In this document: one piece after another, positions 38,178 to 48,484 of the stretch
How the letters are laid out: every line of letters starts with the position of its first letter
Position numbering within the stretch: the stretch's first letter is position 1
Origin: an uncultured Massilimicrobiota sp.
GTDB taxonomy: Bacteria; Bacillota_I; Bacilli_A; Erysipelotrichales; Coprobacillaceae
Direction: 5' to 3'
Length of the DNA stretch: 64,000 nt
NCBI GenBank assembly: GCA_944325245.1
Contig: CALUZM010000002.1
Location: 5,082 to 69,081, forward strand
Position numbers and translations under genes: made by a program
The notes under the pieces: model-generated
What the model saw: the letters and a program-made list of their open reading frames with translations, nothing else
What the model was told of the DNA's origin: nothing
Databases searched by the model: none

Positions 38178-38206
38178 TAATATGGGATAAATAATTATTT
38201 TTATAC
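38178..38206 (-). promoter_or_regulatory. Sigma-G-type forespore promoter for sspI
   Basis: Minus strand GTATA-N17-CATATTA, matching the Bacillus sigma-G consensus GHATR / CATWHTA. Confidence 0.75.
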
Positions 38207-38216
38207 AAGGAGTTTT

Positions 38217-38882
38217 ATGAAAGAATTACAAATTCAATTAGATCAGGAAATTGTGACTTATCAGTTGACGTATAAACATATGCAAAATATAAGGATGCGT
38301 GTGAAAGATGGTGTTTTACATGTGAGTGCACCTTATGGAACTTCACAGGTATTGATAGAGACAGTTATACAGAATTATCAGCAACGTTTATTGAAACAAA
38401 TCAAAGCTTATCAACCCTATGTTCAATACAGTGACGGAGGATTTATCCTGATTTTCAATCAACGTTATGATATTGTTTTAAGAGATATTGGGATTAAAAA
38501 ATGTCAATTTCATGGACAATGCATTTATGTGTATCATCAAAACATCAAAGAGTGTCTGGAAAAATTGTGTCAAAAGATTTTATTAGATTATATTGAAGAA
38601 AAGGTCATTGGATATTTGGCGCATGATTTTGATTTAGAAATGCCACGCATTGAAATCAAAAAATATAAAAGTCGATGGGGAAGCTGTTATTATAAAGAAC
38701 ATCTTATCACTTTTCATTTGGGGCTTGTTCATCTAGAAAAAGAACTGATTGATTATGTGATTATTCATGAATTAACACACTTTTTACATCCTGATCATTC
38801 TCGATTATTTTATGCAGAAATTCAAAAGAGAATGCCTCATTATAAAGAATTACAAAAACGTTTAAAGGAGAAGCATACATGA
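38217..38882 (+). CDS. M48/YgjP (DUF45, SprT-like) zinc metalloprotease family protein
   Basis: KSRWGSC, IDYVIIHELTH..HPDHS..FY. Confidence 0.88.
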   Translation: MKELQIQLDQEIVTYQLTYKHMQNIRMRVKDGVLHVSAPYGTSQVLIETVIQNYQQRLLKQIKAYQPYVQYSDGGFILIFNQRYDIVLRDIGIKKCQFHGQCIYVYHQNIKECLEKLCQKILLDYIEEKVIGYLAHDFDLEMPRIEIKKYKSRWGSCYYKEHLITFHLGLVHLEKELIDYVIIHELTHFLHPDHSRLFYAEIQKRMPHYKELQKRLKEKHT

Positions 38883-39604
38883 TTACATCAGTACAAAATG
38901 AAACAATTAAAAAGATAATGAAATTGAAACAAAAAAAATATCGTGATGAAGAAAACCTTTTTTTAGTTGAAGGATTTCATTTAGTTGAAGAAGCAAAGAA
39001 GGCTGGTTGTATACAAAGAGTCATCGCAACATCTGAAAATCTTTTAGATCAGGATGGTCTTTTGGTATCACAAAAAGTGATGGAAAAACTAGCTTTTACA
39101 AAAACTCCCCAGCCCATTATGGCCATTTGTCGTAAACCATCACATACATCTTTTCAACCTTCTTTAGAACGTTATCTATTGTTAGATGGAATTCAGGATC
39201 CTGGGAATCTAGGAACAATCATTCGAACAGCATTAGCTTTTGGATATGATCAAATGATTCTTTCTCCAGAATGTGTAGATTTATATAATGATAAAGTAAT
39301 ACGTGCAACACAGGGAGCATTATTTCAAATGAAAATTTGTCAGATGGATTTGTTAGAAGCGATTTCTCTTTTACAGGAAAATCATGTTCCAATCTATGCA
39401 ACTTCATTGCATCATGCTTTATCTATTGAACAATATCCAATCCAAAAACAGATGGCTTTTGTTTTAGGAAATGAAGGGCAAGGTGTTTCAAATGAAGTCT
39501 TAAAGCAATGTGATCATGCCTTATATATTCCTATTCAATCTATTGATTCATTAAATGTTGCGATAGCTGGGGCTATTGTGATGTATCATTTTCCTAAAGT
39601 TTAA
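38879..39604 (+). CDS. TrmH/SpoU family RNA methyltransferase
   Basis: ITS.QN..IK, FLVEG.HLV.EA, DGIQDPGNLGTIIRTA, GNEGQGVS, SLNVAIAG. Confidence 0.92.
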   Translation: MITSVQNETIKKIMKLKQKKYRDEENLFLVEGFHLVEEAKKAGCIQRVIATSENLLDQDGLLVSQKVMEKLAFTKTPQPIMAICRKPSHTSFQPSLERYLLLDGIQDPGNLGTIIRTALAFGYDQMILSPECVDLYNDKVIRATQGALFQMKICQMDLLEAISLLQENHVPIYATSLHHALSIEQYPIQKQMAFVLGNEGQGVSNEVLKQCDHALYIPIQSIDSLNVAIAGAIVMYHFPKV

Positions 39605-39654
39605 GAAAAGATTTGCAAAATAATAAAGATATGATATAATATCTTGTGTTTAGA

Positions 39655-39870
39655 ATCGATGAAAAGGAGTAGTAGTTGTTGATACTTTTTAGAGAGTCTA
39701 TGGGTGGTGAAAATAGACAGGTTAGGCAATGAACTCGCCTTGGAGATACAAAGATGAAAAGAGTAGTTTTTGTCGTTAACTGCGTTAAAGTTTTGAGAGC
39801 ATATATGGATGTCATATATGAACTAAGGTGGTATCGCGATCAAGTCGTCCTTAGAGGGGCGACTTTTTAT
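39655..39870 (+). ncRNA. T-box leader (Leu specifier CTC at 39734-39736)
   Basis: AGTA box, AGAGA bulge, GGTGAAA loop, GAA-CTC specifier, AACTAAGGTGGTATCGCG, terminator AAGTCGTCC..GGGGCGACTTTTT. Confidence 0.9.
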
Positions 39871-39887
39871 ATTATAAGGAGGGATAA

Positions 39888-42287
39888 ATGATGCCATTTG
39901 ATCATCAAGCCATTGAAAAGAAGTGGCAAAAATATTGGGATGAACATCAGACTTTTTATACAGATGTTTGGGATTTTTCAAAACCAAAATACTATGCGTT
40001 AGATATGTTTCCATATCCATCAGGACAAGGTTTACATGTCGGGCATCCTGAAGGATATACAGCAACAGATATTATGTCACGTATGAAAAGAATGCAGGGA
40101 TATAATGTTTTACATCCAATGGGATTTGATGCTTTTGGATTGCCAGCAGAACAATATGCGATTAAAACAGGAAATCATCCTGAAGGATTTACACGCCATA
40201 ATATTGAAACTTTTACACATCAATTAAAAATGTTAGGTTTTTCATTTGATTGGGATAAATGTATTTCAACATGTGATCCTGATTATTATCATTGGACACA
40301 ATGGATTTTTAAACAGCTTTATGAAGATGGCTTGGCTAAAAATGTAGATATTCCAGTGAACTGGTGTGAAGAATTGGGAACAGTTTTAGCAAATGATGAA
40401 ATCATTGATGGAAAAAGTGAACGTGGAGGATATCCAGTTATTAGAAAAAATATGAAACAGTGGGTTATTGATATTCCAGCTTATGCTGAAAAATTATTGG
40501 CTGGATTAGAGGATATTGACTGGCCTGAATCTACAAAAGAAATTCAAAGAAACTGGATTGGAAAATCAATTGGTGCTCATGTCCATTTTAAAGTTGATGG
40601 ACACGATGAACAGTTTACTGTTTTTACAACACGCTGTGATACATTGTTTGGTGCCACTTACTGTGTTTTGGCTCCTGAACATGAACTGGTAGCTCAAATT
40701 ACAACACCAGAACAAAAAGAGGCTGTGGAAGCCTATGTGAAAGTCTGTGCAACAAAATCAGAATTAGAACGTACAGAATTAAATAAAGAAAAAACAGGTG
40801 TCTTTACTGGTGCCTATGCAATTAATCCAGTGAACCAAAAGAAAGTGCCTATTTGGATTTCTGATTATGTTTTAGCTGGCTATGGTACAGGAGCTATCAT
40901 GGCTGTACCTGCTCATGATGAACGTGACTGGGAATTTGCAACTAAATTTGGTCTTGATATTATTCCTGTTCTTGAAGGTGGAGATGTCACGAAAGAAGCA
41001 TGGACACAGGATGGAACACATATCAATTCTGATTTCTTAAATGGAATGAATAAAGAAGAAGCTATTGACACAATGATTCAATGGTTAACGGATCATCATT
41101 GTGGTGAAAAGAAAGTAAACTATCGTTTAAGAGAATGGATTTTTGCGCGTCAGAGATACTGGGGAGAACCTATTCCAATTATTAATTTTGATGATGGTAC
41201 TTCTGTTGCGTTATCAGATGATGAATTGCCATTACTTTTACCACCACTAGAAGATTATTCACCTTCTAAAAGTGGCGCATCACCACTAGATAAAGCCACT
41301 GACTGGGTCAATGTGACAGTCAATGGAAAAGCTGGAAAGCGTGAAACAAGTACAATGCCAGGAAGTGCGGGAAGCAGCTGGTATTATATGCGATATATTG
41401 ATCCACATAATGATCATGAGATTGCCGATAGAAAGTTATTAGATCACTGGTTACCAGTTGACTTATATGTGGGCGGACCTGAACATGCTGTTGGACACTT
41501 ATTATATTCTCGTATGTGGAATCGTTATTTATATGATAAAGGATATTTATCACATCCAGAACCATTCCAAAAATTATATCATCAAGGTATGATTTTAGGA
41601 ACAAATGGAGAAAAGATGAGTAAGTCTAAAGGTAATGTCATTAATCCTGATGATATTGTGAAAACTTATGGAGCTGACACTTTAAGAGTTTATGAAATGT
41701 TTATGGGACCTTTAGAGGCAAGTAAACCATGGAGTGAAACTGGTGTTGATGGAGCTAGAAAATGGCTGGATCGTGTCTATCGTTTGATTGTAGAATCTGG
41801 TAAGATCAGTGATGATAATGATCATTCATTAGATTATATTTATCATTTTACTGTGAAAAAAGTGACTCATGATTATGAAACATTAGGATTCAATACAGCT
41901 ATTTCACAAATGATGATTTTCGTTAATGAAGCTTATAAAACCAAAACACTTTATCGTCCATATGCTGAAAACTTAGTCAAAATGTTAAGTTGTGTTGCTC
42001 CACATGTCTGTGAAGAAATGTGGCAGTTATTAGGTCATGATGAATCTTTAGCTTATGAACCATGGCCAACATATGATGAAGCTATGCTTGAACAGGCAAC
42101 AATTGAAATGGCTGTTCAGGTTAATGGAAAACTTCGTGCGAAAATCACTGTTAATAAGGATGAAGATGATGAAGTGGTTAAACAGGAAGCTTTAGCTCAA
42201 GATAATGTGAAAACACATACTGATGGAAAGAATATTGTGAAAATTATTGTTGTGAAAAATAAGATTGTCAATATTGTTGTGAAGTAA
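39888..42287 (+). CDS. leuS: Leucine--tRNA ligase
   Basis: MFPYPSG.GLHVGH (HIGH), [48 protein letters not shown]. Confidence 0.98.
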   Translation: MMPFDHQAIEKKWQKYWDEHQTFYTDVWDFSKPKYYALDMFPYPSGQGLHVGHPEGYTATDIMSRMKRMQGYNVLHPMGFDAFGLPAEQYAIKTGNHPEGFTRHNIETFTHQLKMLGFSFDWDKCISTCDPDYYHWTQWIFKQLYEDGLAKNVDIPVNWCEELGTVLANDEIIDGKSERGGYPVIRKNMKQWVIDIPAYAEKLLAGLEDIDWPESTKEIQRNWIGKSIGAHVHFKVDGHDEQFTVFTTRCDTLFGATYCVLAPEHELVAQITTPEQKEAVEAYVKVCATKSELERTELNKEKTGVFTGAYAINPVNQKKVPIWISDYVLAGYGTGAIMAVPAHDERDWEFATKFGLDIIPVLEGGDVTKEAWTQDGTHINSDFLNGMNKEEAIDTMIQWLTDHHCGEKKVNYRLREWIFARQRYWGEPIPIINFDDGTSVALSDDELPLLLPPLEDYSPSKSGASPLDKATDWVNVTVNGKAGKRETSTMPGSAGSSWYYMRYIDPHNDHEIADRKLLDHWLPVDLYVGGPEHAVGHLLYSRMWNRYLYDKGYLSHPEPFQKLYHQGMILGTNGEKMSKSKGNVINPDDIVKTYGADTLRVYEMFMGPLEASKPWSETGVDGARKWLDRVYRLIVESGKISDDNDHSLDYIYHFTVKKVTHDYETLGFNTAISQMMIFVNEAYKTKTLYRPYAENLVKMLSCVAPHVCEEMWQLLGHDESLAYEPWPTYDEAMLEQATIEMAVQVNGKLRAKITVNKDEDDEVVKQEALAQDNVKTHTDGKNIVKIIVVKNKIVNIVVK

Positions 42288-42346
42288 TATCTATATAGAA
42301 AATAAATATTGATTTCAATCAGCTGATATTTACAAATCAATCATAA

Positions 42347-42395
42347 AGTGAAATTTTCAAAACGGAAATATTTCGTTTTGAAAATTTACTTTTTT
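42347..42395. terminator. Terminator after leuS
   Basis: AAGTGAAATTTTCAAAACGG-AAATATT-TCGTTTTGAAAATTTACTTTTTT long inverted repeat. Confidence 0.75.
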
Positions 42396-42555
42396 TATTC
42401 GTTATTAATAGAAAAACACGTCAACTGATTTGTTAACGTATTTATAATCTTATGAATCTCTTGATTGAAAATTATCTTTATCATATCTGTTCCTGTGAAG
42501 AATCAAAATATTATTGAAGTCTTATACAAAATGATCTATCTTAAGATGATCTTTA

Positions 42556-42786
42556 TTAGTCTTGAATGTTTTTTAAAGTATAGATGAGATAATCAAGATG
42601 ATCAATCTTTTTTTGTTTTTGATGAACTTCATCTAGAATTTCAAATCTTTTCTTTTGTAGATAACGAAAGAGAAATTGAAATTGATGATTTTCAAAGTCA
42701 TCAACAAGTTCCTGAATTTGTTTGGGCGAGCATCCTAAATCCTGTAAGCTTTTTTGAATATCATCCTTAGTCAGTGTTTGAATCAT
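42556..42786 (-). CDS. Hypothetical 76-aa helical protein
   Basis: RBS AAGGAGG upstream; L.D.GC....I and LDEVH.KQKKID.LDYLIY pattern seen in small conserved Bacillota proteins. Confidence 0.7.
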   Translation of the reverse strand: MIQTLTKDDIQKSLQDLGCSPKQIQELVDDFENHQFQFLFRYLQKKRFEILDEVHQKQKKIDHLDYLIYTLKNIQD

Positions 42787-42873
42787 ATGGAAACCTCCTT
42801 AATATTATTTTATAAATAAAAGGAGTCAATATCCAATACTTATAATGGATGATGAATTATGCTTTTTGGGTAT

Positions 42874-43434
42874 TTATATAGAGATATGTTGTGTAACTAT
42901 TTCTTTTTTGAGATGTTCATAAAGTTCATAAGTCGATATGCAGTCAGCCAAAGAGCGGTGTTCATTGGTTGAAAGATGAAGGAATTCTACCATATCAGAT
43001 AAACGATGATGAGGTAAGGCAGGGTAGACTTTCTTGGAAAATTGCACAGTATCTATATATGCGTTTTTTAAATCTACTTGAAAATGATTGGCAATGAAAT
43101 TCAAATCAAAAGCTGTATTATGTCCAATGATAATATCTTGCCCTAGAAACTGTAAAACTTCATCTTGTATAGAAGATAGAATGGGCATATCTGCTATCAT
43201 TTGGTTATCAATGCCTGTTAATTGTGTAATAAAAGAACTGATATGTTGCTGAGGATTGATCAGCTGGCTATAACGATCAATAATTTGTTTGTTTCTTACT
43301 TTTAATAATCCAATTTCAATAATTTTATCTTGACGCCAAGATAAACCAGTTGTTTCAATATCCAAAACACAATAGTCATCAATCAGTTTTTTAATATAGT
43401 GTCCTCTTTTGTAGTATTTTCTTTGATCATCCAT
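42874..43434 (-). CDS. Stand-alone DEDDh 3'-5' exonuclease (DnaQ/PolC-exonuclease-like)
   Basis: VLDIETTGL, IIEIG, LTGI, IGHNTAFDL.F, IDT, HRSLADC. Start at 43434 behind GAGGTG. Confidence 0.9.
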   Translation of the reverse strand: MDDQRKYYKRGHYIKKLIDDYCVLDIETTGLSWRQDKIIEIGLLKVRNKQIIDRYSQLINPQQHISSFITQLTGIDNQMIADMPILSSIQDEVLQFLGQDIIIGHNTAFDLNFIANHFQVDLKNAYIDTVQFSKKVYPALPHHRLSDMVEFLHLSTNEHRSLADCISTYELYEHLKKEIVTQHISI

Positions 43435-43563
43435 GTATATCACCTCATTTATATATATATTTAAATTCATTTGAGATAAAAATGCAAATAAATTGATAAA
43501 AAGTATAATAATTGAAGATATCGTGATATAATGTTGTCCTAAATCAATAACAGGGAGGTTATT

Positions 43564-43917
43564 ATGAAGTATATACATCAGTTTTTGATTATTATTCTGA
43601 TTTCATTTTTAGGAGAATTATTAAGTTTTTTACCTTTACCTATTCCTGCAAGTGTTTATGGATTGCTCATAATGCTGATTGTACTTTATACAGGGGTTCT
43701 AAAATTATCAGACGTTGAGGATGTAGCTGACTGGTTTATTTTGATTATGCCCGTTTTATTTGTACCTTCAGCAGTAAGTTTAATGAATGTTCAAAATGAG
43801 CTGATGGAAAATCTTGTGACAATTATGATTGTATTAGTCATCAGTACAGTGATCGTAATGGTTGTAACAGGAAAAGTTGCCCAATATATGATTGAAAGGA
43901 AAGAGAATCATGAATAA
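43564..43917 (+). CDS. CidA/LrgA family holin-like protein
   Basis: Q..II..ISFLGE, PIPASVYGL, MPVLFVP.AV.L. Confidence 0.9.
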   Translation: MKYIHQFLIIILISFLGELLSFLPLPIPASVYGLLIMLIVLYTGVLKLSDVEDVADWFILIMPVLFVPSAVSLMNVQNELMENLVTIMIVLVISTVIVMVVTGKVAQYMIERKENHE

Positions 43918-44605
43918 TTTATTAATTGAAACAACTTATTTTGGAATTGTATTAAGTTTATCTACTTATTGGCTGGCTGTTCAAATCAGAAAACGTTGGT
44001 CATATCCTATTTTTAATCCTTTATTGATGAGTGCTCTTTTTTCAATTATGATTTTGTATGTTTTGAATATTGATTTTCAAACATATAATCAGGGAGCCCA
44101 AATGATTACCTATTTATTAACTCCTGCAACTGTTTGCTTAGCTATTCCTTTATATAAACAAACACAAATCTTGATGAAGCATTTTTCAGCCATTTTGATA
44201 AGTTTGTTATGTGGTTGTTTTATGGGACTCATCAGTATTGTTATTCTTTGCTTTTTATTGAAAGCAAGTGAAACGTTATTGTGCTCTTTGATGCCTAAGT
44301 CCATTACAACAGCAATAGCAATTGGTGTATCTGAATTGATTGGTGGTCAATCAACGATTACTGTTGGTGTTGTCATCTTAACAGGAATTTTTGGGGCAAT
44401 GATTGCAAAATCTATTTTTAAAATTTTTCACATTCATCATCCAGTTGCGCGTGGATTGGCGTTAGGAAACAGTGCCCATGCGATTGGAACTGCAAAAGCC
44501 ATTGAGTTTGGAGAAATTGAAGCAGCAATGAGTAGTTTATCTATAGTGATTTCTGGTGTATTGACTGTCTTTTTGGTACCAATGATCATTCAATTGATTG
44601 TATAA
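43910..44605 (+). CDS. LrgB/CidB family membrane protein
   Basis: FNPLL, LTPATV.LAIPLY, PKSITTAIA, GLALG.SAHAIGTAKA. Confidence 0.92.
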   Translation: MNNLLIETTYFGIVLSLSTYWLAVQIRKRWSYPIFNPLLMSALFSIMILYVLNIDFQTYNQGAQMITYLLTPATVCLAIPLYKQTQILMKHFSAILISLLCGCFMGLISIVILCFLLKASETLLCSLMPKSITTAIAIGVSELIGGQSTITVGVVILTGIFGAMIAKSIFKIFHIHHPVARGLALGNSAHAIGTAKAIEFGEIEAAMSSLSIVISGVLTVFLVPMIIQLIV

Positions 44606-44639
44606 AAATAGTTCTATGCTTTTGGCATAGAACTATTTG
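44604..44639. terminator. Bidirectional terminator
   Basis: AAATAGTTCTATGC-TTTTG-GCATAGAACTATTT. Confidence 0.8.
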
Positions 44640-45586
44640 TCTAAAAGATTGTAAAAAGATCTTAGGCGTTGACAAGATTGATTAAACTCTTCTTGTTCCT
44701 GCTCTGTCATATGTAATTCAACAATTTCTCTGACACCACTGCGATCAATAATAGAAGGAACACTAATGAAAAGATTTTCTTGTCCATATTCACCATTTAA
44801 TAAAGTTGAGACAGGGAGTATCTTATTTTCATTATGTAAAATAGTTTTGACAATACCAACAACGCTTGAAGCAATACCATAACATGTATTACCTTTGCGA
44901 TTGAAAATTTCCCATCCTGCTTGAATCGTATCCATTTTCATTTGCTCGTAAGGATTTTCACCTAAACGATCTTGATTATCCTTAACAACACTATAAATGT
45001 CTTTACCACCAATGCGCACTGTTGACCATGGAATCATTTCACTATCACCATGTTCCCCAATAACCATAGCATGGACACTGCGTGGATCAACCTGAATTTT
45101 CTGTGCGATAAAATATTTCAGACGAGCAGTATCGAGGGTTGTTCCAGTACCAATAACCTGATTAGATGGTAATCCTGAAAGACGATAGGCATAATAGCTC
45201 ATCAAATCCACAGGATTAGAGACAATGATAAGATGACCATCAAAATGATGTGCCATGACTTCTGTAATAATAGATTTCATAACTTTTAAGGTTGGCTCTA
45301 ACATCTTTAAACGATCATTACCACTTTGTGGAGTTGGCACACTTGCAGTAACAATGACGATTTGCGCATCTTCACAATCTGCATAATGACCTAATTTCAC
45401 ATGGGTATTACGATTCATATATTCTATACTTTGCGATAAGTCTAAAACTTCACCAAAAGCTTTTTCTTCATTTAAATCGATCAAGGCAATTTCATCACAT
45501 AATCCTTGATTAATAAGGCAAAAGGCCGTACTTACACCGACATTGCCACTACCAATAATCACAACTTTTCTTTTTTCTAGTTTCAT
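44633..45586 (-). CDS. L-lactate/malate dehydrogenase superfamily enzyme
   Basis: IIGSGNVG, VSNPVD, GTGTTLDTAR, GEHGDS, KG.T.YGIA. Substrate loop is non-canonical, so ldh is not assigned. Confidence 0.88.
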   Translation of the reverse strand: MKLEKRKVVIIGSGNVGVSTAFCLINQGLCDEIALIDLNEEKAFGEVLDLSQSIEYMNRNTHVKLGHYADCEDAQIVIVTASVPTPQSGNDRLKMLEPTLKVMKSIITEVMAHHFDGHLIIVSNPVDLMSYYAYRLSGLPSNQVIGTGTTLDTARLKYFIAQKIQVDPRSVHAMVIGEHGDSEMIPWSTVRIGGKDIYSVVKDNQDRLGENPYEQMKMDTIQAGWEIFNRKGNTCYGIASSVVGIVKTILHNENKILPVSTLLNGEYGQENLFISVPSIIDRSGVREIVELHMTEQEQEEFNQSCQRLRSFYNLLDK

Positions 45587-45731
45587 TCATTTTTCTCCTT
45601 ATTTATGATGCCTAGATTATAGCATAAATTTCTTTTTTCTTATCAGGAAATACATAAAAAGTTTTCTATTATTGAAAATGAAATGAATTTATGAAAAAAA
45701 TGAGTATACTATATGGGAAAAGAGGGAAAAT

Positions 45732-46661
45732 ATGGAATTAAGTATTTTGTTGGCTCAAGAAATTTTGGGATTGTTTATCATCATTTTTATTGGATATTTA
45801 TCGGTGAAATGGAGAATATTGACAGAAGCTGATAGTAAAGTTATTTCTAAAATTGTTTTGTATATTGTGTGTCCATGTACAATTTTAAATGCGTTTCAAA
45901 TTGATTTTACACAAGAAAAATTCATGGGACTTGTTCTTTCATTTGTGGCAGCTATCATTGTTCATATCGTTTTTATACCACTGACAAAACTTTTGGGTTC
46001 TTTTTTTCATTTGATGCCAGTAGAAAAAGCAACTTTAATCTATTCTAATGCCGGCAATCTGATTATACCATTAGTATCTTCAGTTTTGGGAGCAGAATGG
46101 GTATTATATACAAGTGGTTATATGGTTGTTCAAACAATATTGATTTGGACACATGGTAAAAATCTGGTTTGTAATGAAAAAAGTTATGATTTGAAGAAAA
46201 TTATAGGGAATATCAATGTCATAGCGATTGGGATAGGCATTATAATGTTTATTGGCAGATGGCAATTACCAGGTCTATTACAGGAAACTGTTGGCAATAT
46301 TGGGAGTATGGTAGGACCGTTAAGTATGCTGGTTATTGGTATGCTTTTAGGAAATATGGATCTTCTGGCTATATTTAAAGAAAAAAGAGTTTATCTGATT
46401 TGCTTATTAAGATTGATTGTTTATCCATTATTGATAATTGTTGTTTTTCAATTGATTGGACTAGAAAATTGGCATCATGATGCTAACCAGATTCTTTTGA
46501 TTAGTCTTTTGGCTGCCAGTGCACCAGCTGCAGCCACGATTACTCAGTTTGCGCAGTTATATGATAAACATCCTGGTTATACGAGTATTATGAATGTGAT
46601 GTCAGTTATCTTTTGCATTGTGACAATGCCGATGATTGTTTATATTTATCAAATTCTATAA
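45732..46661 (+). CDS. AEC (auxin efflux carrier/malate permease) family transporter
   Basis: About 10 TM; YSNAG....PL, PLSML.IG, A.PAAA internal-repeat motifs. Confidence 0.85.
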   Translation: MELSILLAQEILGLFIIIFIGYLSVKWRILTEADSKVISKIVLYIVCPCTILNAFQIDFTQEKFMGLVLSFVAAIIVHIVFIPLTKLLGSFFHLMPVEKATLIYSNAGNLIIPLVSSVLGAEWVLYTSGYMVVQTILIWTHGKNLVCNEKSYDLKKIIGNINVIAIGIGIIMFIGRWQLPGLLQETVGNIGSMVGPLSMLVIGMLLGNMDLLAIFKEKRVYLICLLRLIVYPLLIIVVFQLIGLENWHHDANQILLISLLAASAPAAATITQFAQLYDKHPGYTSIMNVMSVIFCIVTMPMIVYIYQIL

Positions 46662-46721
46662 AAATTCATATACAAGACATCTTGATTTATGATAATATGT
46701 TCATGTTGGAGGAAAAGTGAT

Positions 46722-47243
46722 ATGAAGAGAATTCAAATAGGACGTAATATTGTTGATGAAACTTTGTTGAAAGAAGTTAAAAAATATATGATTGCACCAT
46801 GGCAAAGAAATTTATTAATCATAGCCGGGATTATAGCATTGATTATTGGAGCTTTCAATTTGGTTAATCAACAGCTATTGCAAGGTGTCATTTTGGTGAT
46901 TTTAGGTGGTGTTTGTATTGGGGAAATCTTTTTTCTCAAACATAGCCGTTATAAAGAAATGCTAAAATTAATGGATGAGGAAATTGATGCACGCCAAGTC
47001 ACATATACCATGATTTTTGGAAATGATGGCGTTGTTGTCCATAATTGTCAGACAGCCATTGATAATAAAATTCCTTATTCACATCTCAAATCTTTTTATA
47101 AAACACCAAATGCATATGTGTTGCTTGCTAAGGGAAATGAACTGATTATTATTCGTAAAGAATGTTTAAAAGTGACTCTTGCAAATTTTGTTAATTTTTT
47201 AAAGACAATATATACCATAATTAAACTTTTTATTCAAGATTAG
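46722..47243 (+). CDS. YcxB-like membrane protein
   Basis: Two TM helices then a PH-like C-terminus (F..DGV.V.....IPY......Y.T..AYVL....II.KE). Start behind GGAGG. Confidence 0.65.
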   Translation: MKRIQIGRNIVDETLLKEVKKYMIAPWQRNLLIIAGIIALIIGAFNLVNQQLLQGVILVILGGVCIGEIFFLKHSRYKEMLKLMDEEIDARQVTYTMIFGNDGVVVHNCQTAIDNKIPYSHLKSFYKTPNAYVLLAKGNELIIIRKECLKVTLANFVNFLKTIYTIIKLFIQD

Positions 47244-47297
47244 TCATTATGTTTATAATGGCTTTTTTTGTTATAATAGGTATAGGTAGGTGAGAAT

Positions 47298-47795
47298 ATG
47301 GAAATAAAGGTTTTCAAAGGTGATATTACGAAGATCAAATGCGATGCTATAGTGAATGCTGCCAATAATAGCTTGCTAGGTGGAGGAGGTGTTGATGGGG
47401 CTATTCATCGCGCAGCAGGACCTGAATTATTACAGGAATGTCGTTTATTACATGGTTGTGCAACAGGTGAGGCCAAAGTGACGAAGGCATATCATTTGCC
47501 TGCACAGTTTGTTATTCATACTGTTGGACCAGTTTATCGTGATGGTCAACATCATGAGGCAGAGTTGTTGGCATCATGCTATCAAAAATGTCTGGAAAAG
47601 GCTGATGAGTATCATTGTCATCACATTGCTTTTCCATCAATCAGCACGGGAGCCTATCACTATCCTGTGTCACAAGCAGCTCAAATTGCTTTACAAACAA
47701 TACAACAATATCAAAGTGATATGATTCAACAGGTGGATATCATCTGTTTTGATGATTATACATATCAGGTTTATATTGATTTATTAAAAAAATAA
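47298..47795 (+). CDS. Macro-domain O-acetyl-ADP-ribose deacetylase (YmdB-like)
   Basis: GDITKI.CDAIVNAANNSLLGGGGVDGAIHRAAG, VIHTVGP, IAFPSISTGAY.YP. Confidence 0.93.
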   Translation: MEIKVFKGDITKIKCDAIVNAANNSLLGGGGVDGAIHRAAGPELLQECRLLHGCATGEAKVTKAYHLPAQFVIHTVGPVYRDGQHHEAELLASCYQKCLEKADEYHCHHIAFPSISTGAYHYPVSQAAQIALQTIQQYQSDMIQQVDIICFDDYTYQVYIDLLKK

Positions 47796-47868
47796 TAATA
47801 GTGCATATGATTGGCTATAATAAATAAGACGTGGTAGAATAAACTTGTAAATGAAAGGAGTTAAGATT

Positions 47869-48249
47869 ATGAAATTATATGTATGTCCAGTATGTGGAAA
47901 TGTTGTAGAAAAGATTGTCGATAAAGGAGTACCAGTTGTTTGCTGTGGAAAACCAATGGTAGAGTTAACAGCCAATACAACTGATGGAGCTTTAGAAAAA
48001 CATGTTCCTGTTTTATCTGTTGAAGGAGATAAACTTCATGTCAAAGTTGGAGAAGTGGCTCATCCTATGACTGAAGAACATTTGATTACAACAATTATTG
48101 CAGTGGCAGGAAATCAGGTTTTATGTGCTGATTTAACTGCTGAAGATGCACCTGAAGCAACTTTTGCTTTAGGAGAATATAAAGGAACTGTGGAAGTTTA
48201 TGAATACTGTAACTTACATGGTTTATGGAAAGCAACAATTGAAGCATAA
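47869..48249 (+). CDS. dfx: Desulfoferrodoxin / superoxide reductase
   Basis: C..CGN..E and CCGKPM centre I; EKHVP, HPM.EEH, CNLHGLW centre II. Confidence 0.92.
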   Translation: MKLYVCPVCGNVVEKIVDKGVPVVCCGKPMVELTANTTDGALEKHVPVLSVEGDKLHVKVGEVAHPMTEEHLITTIIAVAGNQVLCADLTAEDAPEATFALGEYKGTVEVYEYCNLHGLWKATIEA

Positions 48250-48321
48250 TGTATAAAAGATATTGATAGATTTCAATATCTTTTTTTATGTGATAAAAAG
48301 TGAAAAAATGGCGAAAAAGAT

Positions 48322-48350
48322 TAGACAAAACTACAGACGTTTGTTACAAT
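48322..48350 (+). promoter_or_regulatory. Sigma-A promoter upstream of the purine riboswitch
   Basis: TAGACA ... TACAAT, about 17 nt apart. Confidence 0.6.
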
Positions 48351-48357
48351 AGGCGTG

Positions 48358-48428
48358 GTTATCATATATGTCTGGGAATTGGCTCAGTCGTTTCTACCCC
48401 GTTACCGTAAATAATGGGACTATGATAG
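48358..48428 (+). ncRNA. Purine riboswitch, guanine/hypoxanthine type (discriminator C at 48420)
   Basis: TCATA-TAT-P2(L2 GAATTGG)-GTTTCTAC-P3(L3 CCGTAAA)-GAC-TATGA; terminator GTCTATC-GCAG-GATAGAC-TTTTTTT at about 48442-48467. Confidence 0.92.
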
Positions 48429-48484
48429 ATGCTTTTGATGTGTCTATCGCAGGATAGACTTTTTTTATTGGAGGAGGGACTATA

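Noticed and set aside
45587-45731. Rex operator upstream of the LDH-like gene
   Set aside because: No TTGTGAA-N4-TTCACAA-like palindrome found.
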